Origin: a virus
Direction: 5' to 3' (one strand)
Virus record (IMG/VR): IMGVR_UViG_3300037470_000672
Coordinates: 1-64,000 of that record
DNA: 64,000 nucleotides
Below the pieces are notes generated by a model that saw only the letters and a list, made by a program, of their open reading frames with translations, was not told where the DNA came from and did not search any database. Shown here piece by piece: positions 40,394-49,056 of the stretch; position 1 is the stretch's first letter, and every line of letters starts with the position of its first letter. The position numbers and the translations under genes were made by a program.

Positions 40394-40466
40394 TGCGGAC
40401 GGCAGGAGTCGAACCTGCACTGACCGGGATTTGACGCCGGACCCTCTGCCGTTGGGGTACGTCCGC
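40394..40466 (-). tRNA. Atypical tRNA, most likely anticodon CAA (Leu), with a short variable loop
   Basis: Acceptor GCGGACG/CGTCCGC; T arm GCAGG-TTCGACT-CCTGC; anticodon arm CCGGC-GTCAAAT-CCCGG with a C:C pair; no encoded CCA. Confidence 0.7.
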
Positions 40467-42015
40467 TAAGATTTCTCCTTCCAGCAGGCGCACTGAGGCG
40501 GGCGGTGATACGTACACCACGGCTCCGTTAGCCGGGCTTGCGTGACCGTGCTCTCCTGCGCCTCTCCCTGCGCGCAGCTCAATGGGAGGCATGCCGTACT
40601 TGGCGTGCAACAGCAGCTCCTTGCCCTCCGCTTTGGCTACCCGCCGAACCGTCTTCCAGATGCGCGCCGTCTCAGCGCGTAGATCGACCCCAGGGCGTGC
40701 CTCCCAAAGCGCCCGCTTACGCTCCCTGGCCGCCTCCTGGGCGGCGCAGCGTTTGGTCCGCTGCTTGGCTCGGACCCTGGCAGCTCGCTCGGCTTGCGCT
40801 GTCTGACGCGCCTCTTTCTTGGCTTCGATGGTTGGACAAGCGCGCTTCACGAGCCTGCCGGTCTTGTCGGAGCACGGTAGGCAGTAGCGGCGGGTATCGT
40901 CCAGGCGAGGTTTGCTCGGGGCGAGCTTACCCGTCTCGCAGCGGGGGCAGACCCAGCGTCTCACGCGGCGGGCTTCTTCCGGGTCTTGTAGGTGGCCTTG
41001 AGCGTGTCGAACAGGTCGGTGTTGTCGAGCATCGCAACGAAAGCGTCGAGGGATGTGCGGTCGATGGTGACGCGATCGACGGTACCGCTGACGGTGCCCA
41101 TGAGACCGCCGGATACGGGAAGCCCGATTTCTTCGAGGCGCTTGCGCTGCGCGTACCACTCGGTGTTGTAGGTCTCGACACGTGCCATCTTGCGCAAGTG
41201 CTCCTCGCGCGTACGCGCCTGCTTTTCACCCTGCTGCTGAACGTACTCGTCCCAGGGCATCAGGACTTCTTGCGGTCGCGCGACCCCGGAGAGCCACTCT
41301 TTGGGTGCGCCGCGGCACAGAGCGACGTTGATGCCCTTCCCTCCGGACCGTTCCTTGGCCCAGCACCCGCGGATATTTCCCACGTAGCCGTCGAAGCCGA
41401 GAATGATCCCCTTCCTCACGTGGCGGAAACCAGCTTTGGTCGAGATGCCGATGGCGTACGTCTCGCCGATCTGGATGTCTTTGCGTTTCATGCCCAGCTC
41501 ACTCCCAGGTCCAACTCCTGGGCCTTTTGCAGTACCTCATCCAACCGCTCCAGGCGGTCTGTGAGGCGGTTGTCGTCGTAACCGCACAGGATGTGCCGCC
41601 CCGATCGTCGGAGGGCCACGGTGCCGTCCTCCTGGGGAACGGTTCGCATCTCGCCACCGTAGGTCTCGGTCTCGGTGCGGAAGGGGGCGCGGACCTTGTC
41701 CTGGTTGAGCGCGCGCATGATAGCGCGGCGCATGTTGGCCACCTCTTCGGCGGGGACCGACCCGCGCAGATCTGGGTCCGCGTACCCCAGCATCCGGAGA
41801 AGGACCACAGCCGTGCGATTGGCCACATTGAGCGAGCACTCGGACTCGCTGTAGGTCACCCACCCACCCTGACAGGACGCACAACCCCACTCGGGAACGG
41901 GCACGCCGTCCGCCTCAGCGAACTCGCGCGTCTGCTCGCAAAGGAAACAATGCTCCCGTACCTCTTGCTTGGGGCCGTCGGTGGGGCAGAAAGTAACGCT
42001 CATGAGGAACCTCTT

Positions 42016-42071
42016 CAGGGAGTCTTCTCTGATCTGAGCTTGAGTATAGACAACGTAAGTGATCAGAGCAA
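42016..42071 (-). promoter_or_regulatory. Sigma70-type promoter with hairpin leader
   Basis: TTGCTC-17-TATACT; CAGATCAGAGA-AGAC-TCCCTG-AAGAGG. Confidence 0.72.
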
Positions 42072-42137
42072 GCCTGATCTGCGTGTAGGTGGTGTTTTTT
42101 TTTCTACTGCCTCGACGTTCGAGATATTCTACGGCTA

Positions 42138-42173
42138 GTCTCGGAATTTCAAAGATCCGAGCATCTTTTCAAC
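42138..42173 (-). CRISPR. Solitary CRISPR repeat
   Basis: GTCTCGGAATTTCAAAGATCCGAGCATCTTTTCAAC; about 34 nt of unique sequence and then an A9 run follow on the minus strand. Confidence 0.95.
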
Positions 42174-42178
42174 ACACT

Positions 42179-42201
42179 CAATCCGCCCGTACGGGCGGAT
42201 C
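42179..42201. repeat. Dispersed palindrome, copy 5
   Basis: CAATCCGCCCGTACGGGCGGATC, 5 nt from the repeat. Confidence 0.95.
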
Positions 42202-43356
42202 ACATCTCGTCATCGCAGTAGCTCCTCCCCGTCCTTGTAGACGGCGTTCGCCAGCATGTCCGACTCGTTGCGAGGGTAGGAAGAGGTGGAGCTGTTCCAC
42301 GCCTTCTCGCGCAGCGCCTTTTTGCTGGGCGGACGCCAGCGGGGCGGCATCTCGTAAGCGCTGCGCAAGCGGTGGTGGAAGTTCTGCTGCGGCCCCGGAA
42401 TGTCGTGCCGAGCTGCACCAGACCAGGCAAGCTCACCTTTCTTGGCAAGCCAGTCGAGGGCAGCCTTGCGGGAGGATAGCCGCACAACCTTCGTCTCGGG
42501 GTGGCGCAGGTCGGTCGTCTGCTCGATGCCGTAGAAGACGGTCATCAGTTCGTTCTTCCTTTTTTCATCTCGGCCATGAGGAGGTCAGCTTGGACGGCGG
42601 TCTCTTCAGGAGAGAGGTCTGAAGTACCGCCTCGCTGGCAGCGCTCCCCCATGACGATCAACAGCTCCCGGACCTCGTTATCGGTCCATTGCTGAGGCTT
42701 TCCCGCGCGGTAAGTGTCGAGGAGTTTCTCCAGCGCGCTACTCTCCTCATCGGCCGCGAAACCAAGCGCTGCGGCCTCTTCCTGGAGGGAAAGAAGAAGC
42801 TGCACCTCCTGTCGGCGCTTGTCCAGCTCGCACTCCCACGCAACGATCTTGTTGGCAAGCGTCTTCGCCCTTTCTGGGTCCAAACGATCGACGAACCGTC
42901 TGAACCAGAAATCGCTCCGTTTCGTTGCGAGCTTGTCCGGGTATGTCACTCCTGACCCGCCTCAGTAACGATGATCTTGGGCACCGGTTCATCACCACAT
43001 TGGAACGGCTCGCTTGAAGCGATCGGTCGGGTATCCAGCCCCTCCGTGTAGAACTGGTGCCGAATGACTTGGACGACATCGAATGCGGCCCGGTGCGCAT
43101 TGGGGACCAGAGGGTTGTGGATGCTCGGTCCCCCGCTGGCGAAGTATGCCCCGCCCCCCATCCAGTTGACGATCTGGTGAAGCACGTCACGCGCTTCTGC
43201 CAACCCGTCGACGTAGCCCGGAAGATGCTGCGTGTTGTCGAGGACCGCGCTGGCAAGCTGTCCCATGCCCAAACGCGCCAGCGTGTCACACGCTTGCATG
43301 ATGGCACGCGCCTGACCCTCGGTCAGCTCCAGCCGGTACAGCTTCGTCATGCTCTG

Positions 43357-43385
43357 ACTATAGGCGCGCTATGTTATAGCGTCAA
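43357..43385 (-). promoter_or_regulatory. Sigma70-type promoter
   Basis: TTGACG-17-TATAGT. Confidence 0.75.
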
Positions 43386-43467
43386 GCCGGGGCTACCTGA
43401 TCTTGCGTTGTCGGAGGTTGTTCCAGGTTCTATCGGACCACTCCAGCAGGGGCAGGGAAGAAGCTCT

Positions 43468-43503
43468 GTCTCGGAATTTCAAGGATCCGAGCATCCATTT
43501 AAC
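43468..43503 (-). CRISPR. CRISPR repeat downstream of the type IV-B operon; possible decayed partner at 43559-43586
   Basis: GTCTCGGAATTTCAAGGATCCGAGCATCCATTTAAC; 55 nt away is GTCTCGGcgAATTTttGGATCCGAcacc. Confidence 0.9.
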
Positions 43504-43686
43504 CTTTCGCGGTTTCGGTGTCGTACGCGCCCTCAAAGCAGGTAAGTCATCGATCGGCGTCTCGGCGAATTTTTGGATCCGACACCTGCCCCGAGTAGAG
43601 CGCGTACACAGCCCACATCTCAAAAGGAGCCCGCAGAAACTCATCCAAGGAAGCGGCCGTCAGGGTATCAAGTAAAGCATGTGCGT

Positions 43687-44415
43687 TCATACGTGCTTCC
43701 GAAGAAAAGACGAATAGTATTCATTCTCCCATAGCAACCTACCCATACCTCGACCAGGAACACCTCCTACCCGGCATACCCGTAGGCTCTCGCGTGGCCA
43801 ACGGCCGCCACCCAGCATTCCGTAGTTCGGATGGATCGGCAGGTCGTGCTTGGCTAGGTAGGCGTACACGTCCTGTATCTTCCAGTACCCGATCGGTGCC
43901 AGGGTATTGAGGCTGCGTAGGCCGTGCTTCATCATGCGGATCGCTCTGCCGCCCGACTCGTCTCGGCGTATTCCTGACAGGTAGCGAGTGTATGGAAGTT
44001 TCTTGAAACAGCGCAGAAATACCTTGTCGGTCTGCCTATCGATCTCGTTTTCGCTCCCGTCAATACCTGTGTAGTCTGCCAAGACCTCCTGGTAGGGCAT
44101 AGGAAATCTCGTCAGGAACGCGTCCCGGACGATAGCGTTGTATGGGTTCTCTCCTGGCTGCTGGATAATGTGCACGAGAAGGACCTTATCTTGGCAGACT
44201 TCCCAAAGCAGATGTGCGCAGGTGACCGAGTCCTTGCCCCAAGACACGCTGAGGTAGCAAGGGCCGTCCGCCACGAACTCGGAGATTGCGCTCCTGGCCT
44301 GCTCAGCGCGCCGCTGGAAGACAGGAAGGCTGGCGTAGGCGAGGTCGGCTTCGGCCAGGGTAGCCCACATCTCGCGGTCGGCTTGGGTGTGGGAGGGGAC
44401 TGGAATCAGGCCCAC
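43687..44415 (-). CDS. cysH: CysH-like PAPS-reductase-family protein of type IV-B CRISPR-Cas
   Basis: PP-loop YLSVSWGKDS; GIRRDES.GR; LAPIGYWKIQDVYAYL; last gene of the csf operon. Confidence 0.85.
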   Translation of the reverse strand: MGLIPVPSHTQADREMWATLAEADLAYASLPVFQRRAEQARSAISEFVADGPCYLSVSWGKDSVTCAHLLWEVCQDKVLLVHIIQQPGENPYNAIVRDAFLTRFPMPYQEVLADYTGIDGSENEIDRQTDKVFLRCFKKLPYTRYLSGIRRDESGGRAIRMMKHGLRSLNTLAPIGYWKIQDVYAYLAKHDLPIHPNYGMLGGGRWPRESLRVCRVGGVPGRGMGRLLWENEYYSSFLRKHV

Positions 44416-44422
44416 GGAAGCG

Positions 44423-45040
44423 TTACTCCCAGGCGCGGGAGAACTCCCGGTCGCGGAAGGCGTCGGCGAGCCCTGTGATCTGCTTGAGCCGCAAGACTTC
44501 GTCCGGATCCATGCCCAGTTCTTGGCTAATCCGCTCGTTGCTCCAGTGATGTTTGGTCAACGCCGTCACGAGCTTGGCGCTCAGCTCCACCTGATGCGTC
44601 CCACGAGCCAGGTTGTGCCGCACGGTGGACGTCATCCGGTCCTGAACACCCTTGTTCAGCTCCACCAGGGGGATGTAGCCACCCAAAGACTCCCGAATAT
44701 CCTCCCGGTTCTGGATAACGGTAGTGCGATGGAAACCGTCCACCACCACGTAGTCACCGGCATAAGGGTCTTTGGCTGCGACAATGGGCATCGTCACCCC
44801 ATCCTTCCGGATGGAAAATTCCAAAAGCTTCATCTCCGGCGGGGCAACGACGTTGGGGTTGTAATCATTGCCCTTGACCTGCTCAGACGGGACCAGCTTC
44901 ACGCCTGTTACAGGGTGGGGGAGCCCGAGGAATGCTTGGAGTGCTTCGCTGATCTCGTTGAAGACCTTCACACGCTCGTCGAGCGACAAGTCTGCGCTTT
45001 CGGCCAGGGTACGCTTGAACGCTTCCAAGTCATCCCACAT
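44423..45040 (-). CDS. ibrB: IbrB/YbdM-like ParB/Srx-domain protein
   Basis: NDYNPNVVAPPEMKLLEFSIRKDGVTMPIV...VVDGFHR...STVRHNLARGTH. Confidence 0.9.
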   Translation of the reverse strand: MWDDLEAFKRTLAESADLSLDERVKVFNEISEALQAFLGLPHPVTGVKLVPSEQVKGNDYNPNVVAPPEMKLLEFSIRKDGVTMPIVAAKDPYAGDYVVVDGFHRTTVIQNREDIRESLGGYIPLVELNKGVQDRMTSTVRHNLARGTHQVELSAKLVTALTKHHWSNERISQELGMDPDEVLRLKQITGLADAFRDREFSRAWE

Positions 45041-46313
45041 CACGCGCCTCCGAAAACCGTGCAATCAGAGAAAGCTGGCGCTCCATCTCCCGCTTGGTAG
45101 GGGAGAAACTCAACCCCTTTACCCAGTAATCGTTCTTGAGCAGTACCTTCACAATCCTGCGCCAAGAGGGAAGGCGGCATCTGACTCCGTTCACGAGCAG
45201 CCCGGATTCTAGGCGCTTGTCGGGGCATGCGTCGGGGATACCCTTCGTCCAGTCCGGGAGAAGATTGGCTTCACGAAGCGCCCTTACCATTGGCTCATCG
45301 TTGCGGTGTTTGCGCCACCAACGGAGGAAGGTGCGGATCTTGGTCCGATAGTGCGCAGCGATGTTGGGGGGCATGGTGTTGAGCAACAGCTTCGCGTAGC
45401 TCTTGTGCGTGTGTCCCGGAGGAAGAACCACCTTGAGGTTGCCCATGATGTGGGACTGTGTCTTGGAGTAGCGGCTCCCGTAGTTGGCCCCTTCTACACG
45501 AGCGACCACTTTGGTCCATGTTTCGGGTTCCAGGAGCTTGAAGAGGTAGAGCCCTTTGCGCTGGTCATCACCATAGGGCTGGCAAAGGCGCATCTGATGC
45601 AGCGTCAACCCAGCTAAGTGCATGAGGTCGTAGATTCTGTTGTAATCCCAGCCGAGCTTGCCGTTGGCGGTCCAAACGTCCTCGGTAGTCCAATCGTAAA
45701 TGGGGTAGGCGTTGCACACCGTATCGGACAACCAGGTGGTCCACATGCGACCATCCAGGGTATCCTTGTGGGTGTTCTTGATAGTCCGATAGCGGTTGAG
45801 GCTCTCGTCGCTACGAATGGCGACCAAGCAAGCGGTCTTGGAGCCATCAGCGAACCACCCCCCAAACTCAGGGACGAATTCCTCAAACTCCATCCCCTTG
45901 CGGAAGAAGGGGAAGAAACCGGGGTCTGAGATCACGCCCCTGTGCTCAGGAAGCGGACGGATCCAAGCGTCGCGCTTGTCCGGATCCCAACACATCCAAT
46001 GCGGCTGAATCTGAGATACAGCATTCCGAAGATGGATGGGAAGACATACCCACCAAGGCCGGATATCTTGTGTAGCGAACACCCGTTGGACGTAGCTGAT
46101 CGTATGTGCGTACTGACCTTCCAAATCGACCAGAAGAACATCCAGAGGAAGACGTCCCAACTCCCTGGCGGCCCCCAAGGCCAGGTTGAGTAATACTCCG
46201 CTGTCCTTACCCCCGCTGAAGGACAGGTAGACCTTGTCAAAATGGGCGTAGATTTCGCGAATCCGCCGTCGGGCAGCACAGAGCACATCCTCGGTCAGGT
46301 ACGTCTTCGGCAT
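45030..46313 (-). CDS. ibrA: IbrA/YbdN-like PAPS-reductase/DUF3440 protein
   Basis: LSFSGGKDS; WVCLPIHLRNAVS; IRSDESLNRY; YPIYDW; MRLCQPYGDDQR; WRRIVKVLLKNDYW. Confidence 0.92.
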   Translation of the reverse strand: MPKTYLTEDVLCAARRRIREIYAHFDKVYLSFSGGKDSGVLLNLALGAARELGRLPLDVLLVDLEGQYAHTISYVQRVFATQDIRPWWVCLPIHLRNAVSQIQPHWMCWDPDKRDAWIRPLPEHRGVISDPGFFPFFRKGMEFEEFVPEFGGWFADGSKTACLVAIRSDESLNRYRTIKNTHKDTLDGRMWTTWLSDTVCNAYPIYDWTTEDVWTANGKLGWDYNRIYDLMHLAGLTLHQMRLCQPYGDDQRKGLYLFKLLEPETWTKVVARVEGANYGSRYSKTQSHIMGNLKVVLPPGHTHKSYAKLLLNTMPPNIAAHYRTKIRTFLRWWRKHRNDEPMVRALREANLLPDWTKGIPDACPDKRLESGLLVNGVRCRLPSWRRIVKVLLKNDYWVKGLSFSPTKREMERQLSLIARFSEARDVG

Positions 46314-46319
46314 CGATCC

Positions 46320-47021
46320 TCAACACGGCACCACAATGTCCCGGTAAAGCGACCTTTGCCAGTAGGGAGGGCAAGGGCTTCCGTAGTCCTGGCGAAAACC
46401 CGCCAGATTTCCTACTCGCAGAAGGTCGGAGAAGGGTAAGGGCCTCATGAGCACCCGTTTCCCCTCGGATTCCGCAAACCAAGACAGATCGCAGGAGTGA
46501 GGTTCAACAACCCACCCGAGGACACGGCCGTGCCCGTACGCCGTCTTCTTCCCCAGGTAGACCACTTTCTTGAGGCGCCGGCGGATGTAGGCAGCGTTTC
46601 CCACAGCGAACCAGACGATCTTCTCAAAAAAGCGAAGGCGGAAGGGTAGTCGGTAACCCTTGAGGGCGCCACTGGTGGTACTGATCACACCTCGCCGAGA
46701 CGGATCAAGCGCATCGCGATCGTCACCCCAACGCTTATGTACGTGCGCGGTACCCTCCCAAAGAGGCTCAGAAAAAATCGGAGAAGAGCAGCAGGGGACC
46801 GGTAACCCGTCGACAGTGGCTCTTGCCACGCCGATAGGCAAGGTACCGATCTCTGTGACTGGTTGACCACGCGGGTGGATGGTGATGTTGCGCCCTCGTG
46901 CCTTAGCAATCGAAGGCGCATGAAACGCCATCACGAACTCCAGCAGCGCATCGAGCATGGGCGGATCGCCGCAGATGCTACCCGCCATGTGAGCAGTGAT
47001 CTTGATCGGCTCGTACTTCAC
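46320..47021 (-). CDS. csf3: Type IV CRISPR Csf3 (Cas5 family)
   Basis: GTG start overlapping the csf2 stop; PPMLDALL, CCSSP, KGYRLP, LGKKTAYGHGRV glycine-rich loop, PPYW. Confidence 0.85.
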   Translation of the reverse strand: MKYEPIKITAHMAGSICGDPPMLDALLEFVMAFHAPSIAKARGRNITIHPRGQPVTEIGTLPIGVARATVDGLPVPCCSSPIFSEPLWEGTAHVHKRWGDDRDALDPSRRGVISTTSGALKGYRLPFRLRFFEKIVWFAVGNAAYIRRRLKKVVYLGKKTAYGHGRVLGWVVEPHSCDLSWFAESEGKRVLMRPLPFSDLLRVGNLAGFRQDYGSPCPPYWQRSLYRDIVVPC

Positions 47022-47914
47022 GCCGACTTGCTCGCACGCTTCTTCCCCTTCCGCGGGAAGAGCCTCTCCAGAAGCGCTCGTCCCTCCTCCCTGGAGGCTA
47101 AAAGGTGCTCTTTGTACTGCTCCACCGCGTACTCCCAACCCTCGGGAAACCCTACAAGGAGCCTGATGCGCCCATGACCACGGGAGGCTTGCCCGCCGAT
47201 AGCCCCGCCTTCGTTCTGCCAACGGTCCAAGGCATACAGGAGAGCGCCGATGGTGATCTTATCGACCCGGTTGGCGCGGAACTCGGAAACGAAGCGGGCG
47301 CCGGCTGCGACGGATTCGCCGCCGTAGATCATTTGCGAGCTGTCACTCAAACCCTGTTCCGAAGAGAGCAGGTCAGGTGTACTGATCGTGCTGTTGCTAC
47401 GGGTGTACTGCCACCCCTGTACGAACTCCCGAGCCGGCCGGAGATTGAGCCCGCTGAGCCACTTCTCCGGGACGAATGATCGCAGCCGGTCTTGGTTCTC
47501 GGCGCATACCAAGACACCCATGGAGACCTGGAGCTGCCCGGGGATGGGAGTGCTCGGCAGAGACAAGCCCAAGAGCTTCGCCAACGAGAGCAGGCGGTAC
47601 ACGTCCTGCTGCTGGCTGAGGCTCTCGCGCCCGCCCTTCTCGGTCAGCGAGCCGCCGTGAAAGAGAAAGTTGAGCTGCATCTCGTCGAGGGCGCCGTACA
47701 AGTCCCAGGACTCGACCAAGTGCCGAGCCAAAGGCGCGCGGACAACGCGGTGACGGAGAGCGTTGCCGGTTATGGTGGGCACCATCCGAACGCCAGACGG
47801 GGTAACTACCGGCTCGCGCATGAGCACGGCCTCGTTCCCTTCGGTTCCAGCCATGTGCGTGAGCCGCGACTCAACGGCGAGAAGGGCCGGCAGGATGTAG
47901 GTTTCTGACTTCAT
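47018..47914 (-). CDS. csf2: Type IV CRISPR Csf2 (Cas7 backbone)
   Basis: LTH...GNEAVLMRE, VPTITGNALRHR, LFHGG.L, QMIYGGE.VAAG, IGGQASRGHG. Confidence 0.92.
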   Translation of the reverse strand: MKSETYILPALLAVESRLTHMAGTEGNEAVLMREPVVTPSGVRMVPTITGNALRHRVVRAPLARHLVESWDLYGALDEMQLNFLFHGGSLTEKGGRESLSQQQDVYRLLSLAKLLGLSLPSTPIPGQLQVSMGVLVCAENQDRLRSFVPEKWLSGLNLRPAREFVQGWQYTRSNSTISTPDLLSSEQGLSDSSQMIYGGESVAAGARFVSEFRANRVDKITIGALLYALDRWQNEGGAIGGQASRGHGRIRLLVGFPEGWEYAVEQYKEHLLASREEGRALLERLFPRKGKKRASKSA

Positions 47915-48357
47915 AAAGCGCCCCCACCCTTGTTACTGGTCTTGTACTCCTGCCACCGTACCCGACCGTGGATGAGCACCGCGTACTGGTACTTGCGGAT
48001 GTACTCGACCAGCGCGGCTCGTGTTCCGTCCGAGAGGGCCGTAAGGCAGGAAAGCAGAGTCACTACATGAGGGCTCGCCGCGACCGTGTGTTCCGCCTTC
48101 ACGTGCTCTAGGCACCGCGACAGGAACAAGTCCATGTCGCCATCCCCTGCTTCCTGGGAGGCGGTCGCCAACGCGGATCCGATCCTGTCCCAGAGCTTGA
48201 TCGGATCAAGCACGTCGCGGTTGTAACAGAGCGCCAACACGAAGCAGATGTTGGTGGCCAAGTCCTTCAGCTCTGCTGTGTCAGGTACGTCGATGACGGG
48301 TTGCGTCAGGCCGGCCAGCTCACGGCGAAACGACGCGGCGTCGAGGTTCTCAATCAT
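47911..48357 (-). CDS. cas11: Type IV-B small subunit (Cas11-like)
   Basis: All-helical 148-aa ORF between csf1 and csf2 with ATGA overlaps on both sides; IKLWDRIGSAL motif. Confidence 0.75.
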   Translation of the reverse strand: MIENLDAASFRRELAGLTQPVIDVPDTAELKDLATNICFVLALCYNRDVLDPIKLWDRIGSALATASQEAGDGDMDLFLSRCLEHVKAEHTVAASPHVVTLLSCLTALSDGTRAALVEYIRKYQYAVLIHGRVRWQEYKTSNKGGGAL

Positions 48358-49031
48358 GGACTGCCCCTGGGAGGAGTGTGAAGAAACGCCGCTAGACGAG
48401 TAAGCGGCTCTCCAGCTACGGGAGCCCACGTCTCCAGGAGTTGGAAAGCCTCTTCGCCGTAGGCGTTGTGCAAAGCAATCGCGCTTGAAGAGGAAGGCCC
48501 CACCAATACCCCCGCGCGGCCGGTTACCGGTACAAGTCGATCTATCAGGTCCAACCGAGATCGCAAAGAAAAAGGCGCGTAGGTTAGCTGTTCTTCCTCA
48601 AGAAGGAGGGAAACGATGTCAGATTGCCAGTTTACGGGAGCCCGAAAGAGGAGCTGTTTCTGCCCACTCGTTGCAATCACAACAGCAAAAGGAGGCGTAG
48701 GTGGTTGAAGGCATACCTGGGATAGTTTTTGCCGATCTTCAATAGCCTTGCTGAAGAAATCTGCCGTGGTGGCAGTGACTACCCAGGAGTAGTTGCGGAT
48801 CTTTTGGGGCTTGTCTTTGCCCAGGTCCGCCTTCTCGTCCAGTGCTACAGGGCAGCCGTCGCAGACCCAATCGCTCTCAGGACAGACAACGCTACGCCAG
48901 GCGGTGAAGGTCTTTTTCAAAGCAGTCTCGACGGGTGTGTCGCGAGCTGCGCCGCCGCAAAAGAAACACTGATTTGAGCCTGGGATAACCGGTATGCCGC
49001 GTGCCTGAGCAAACAACATCGGCGCGGACAT
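48354..49031 (-). CDS. csf1: Type IV CRISPR Csf1 (Cas8-like large subunit)
   Basis: CFFCG...KKTFT...VCDGC zinc site; LQPPTPPF; SGQKQLLFRAPVN. Confidence 0.85.
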   Translation of the reverse strand: MSAPMLFAQARGIPVIPGSNQCFFCGGAARDTPVETALKKTFTAWRSVVCPESDWVCDGCPVALDEKADLGKDKPQKIRNYSWVVTATTADFFSKAIEDRQKLSQVCLQPPTPPFAVVIATSGQKQLLFRAPVNWQSDIVSLLLEEEQLTYAPFSLRSRLDLIDRLVPVTGRAGVLVGPSSSSAIALHNAYGEEAFQLLETWAPVAGEPLTRLAAFLHTPPRGSP

Positions 49032-49056
49032 CTTCACAGAGGAGGGGTAAGCGGTT

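Larger units (their letters stand above)
40961..43350 (-). other. Hypothetical ORFs 40961-41491, 41488-42003, 42210-42545, 42545-42949, 42946-43350
   Basis: Chained overlaps; promoters at 42043-42071 and 43357-43385. Confidence 0.7.

Noticed and set aside
600-40466. Alternative genetic code or suppressor tRNAs, prompted by the release factor
   Set aside because: Conserved genes such as nrdJ, rnhA and csf2 read through intact in the standard code, and no clear CTA, TTA or TCA anticodon was found
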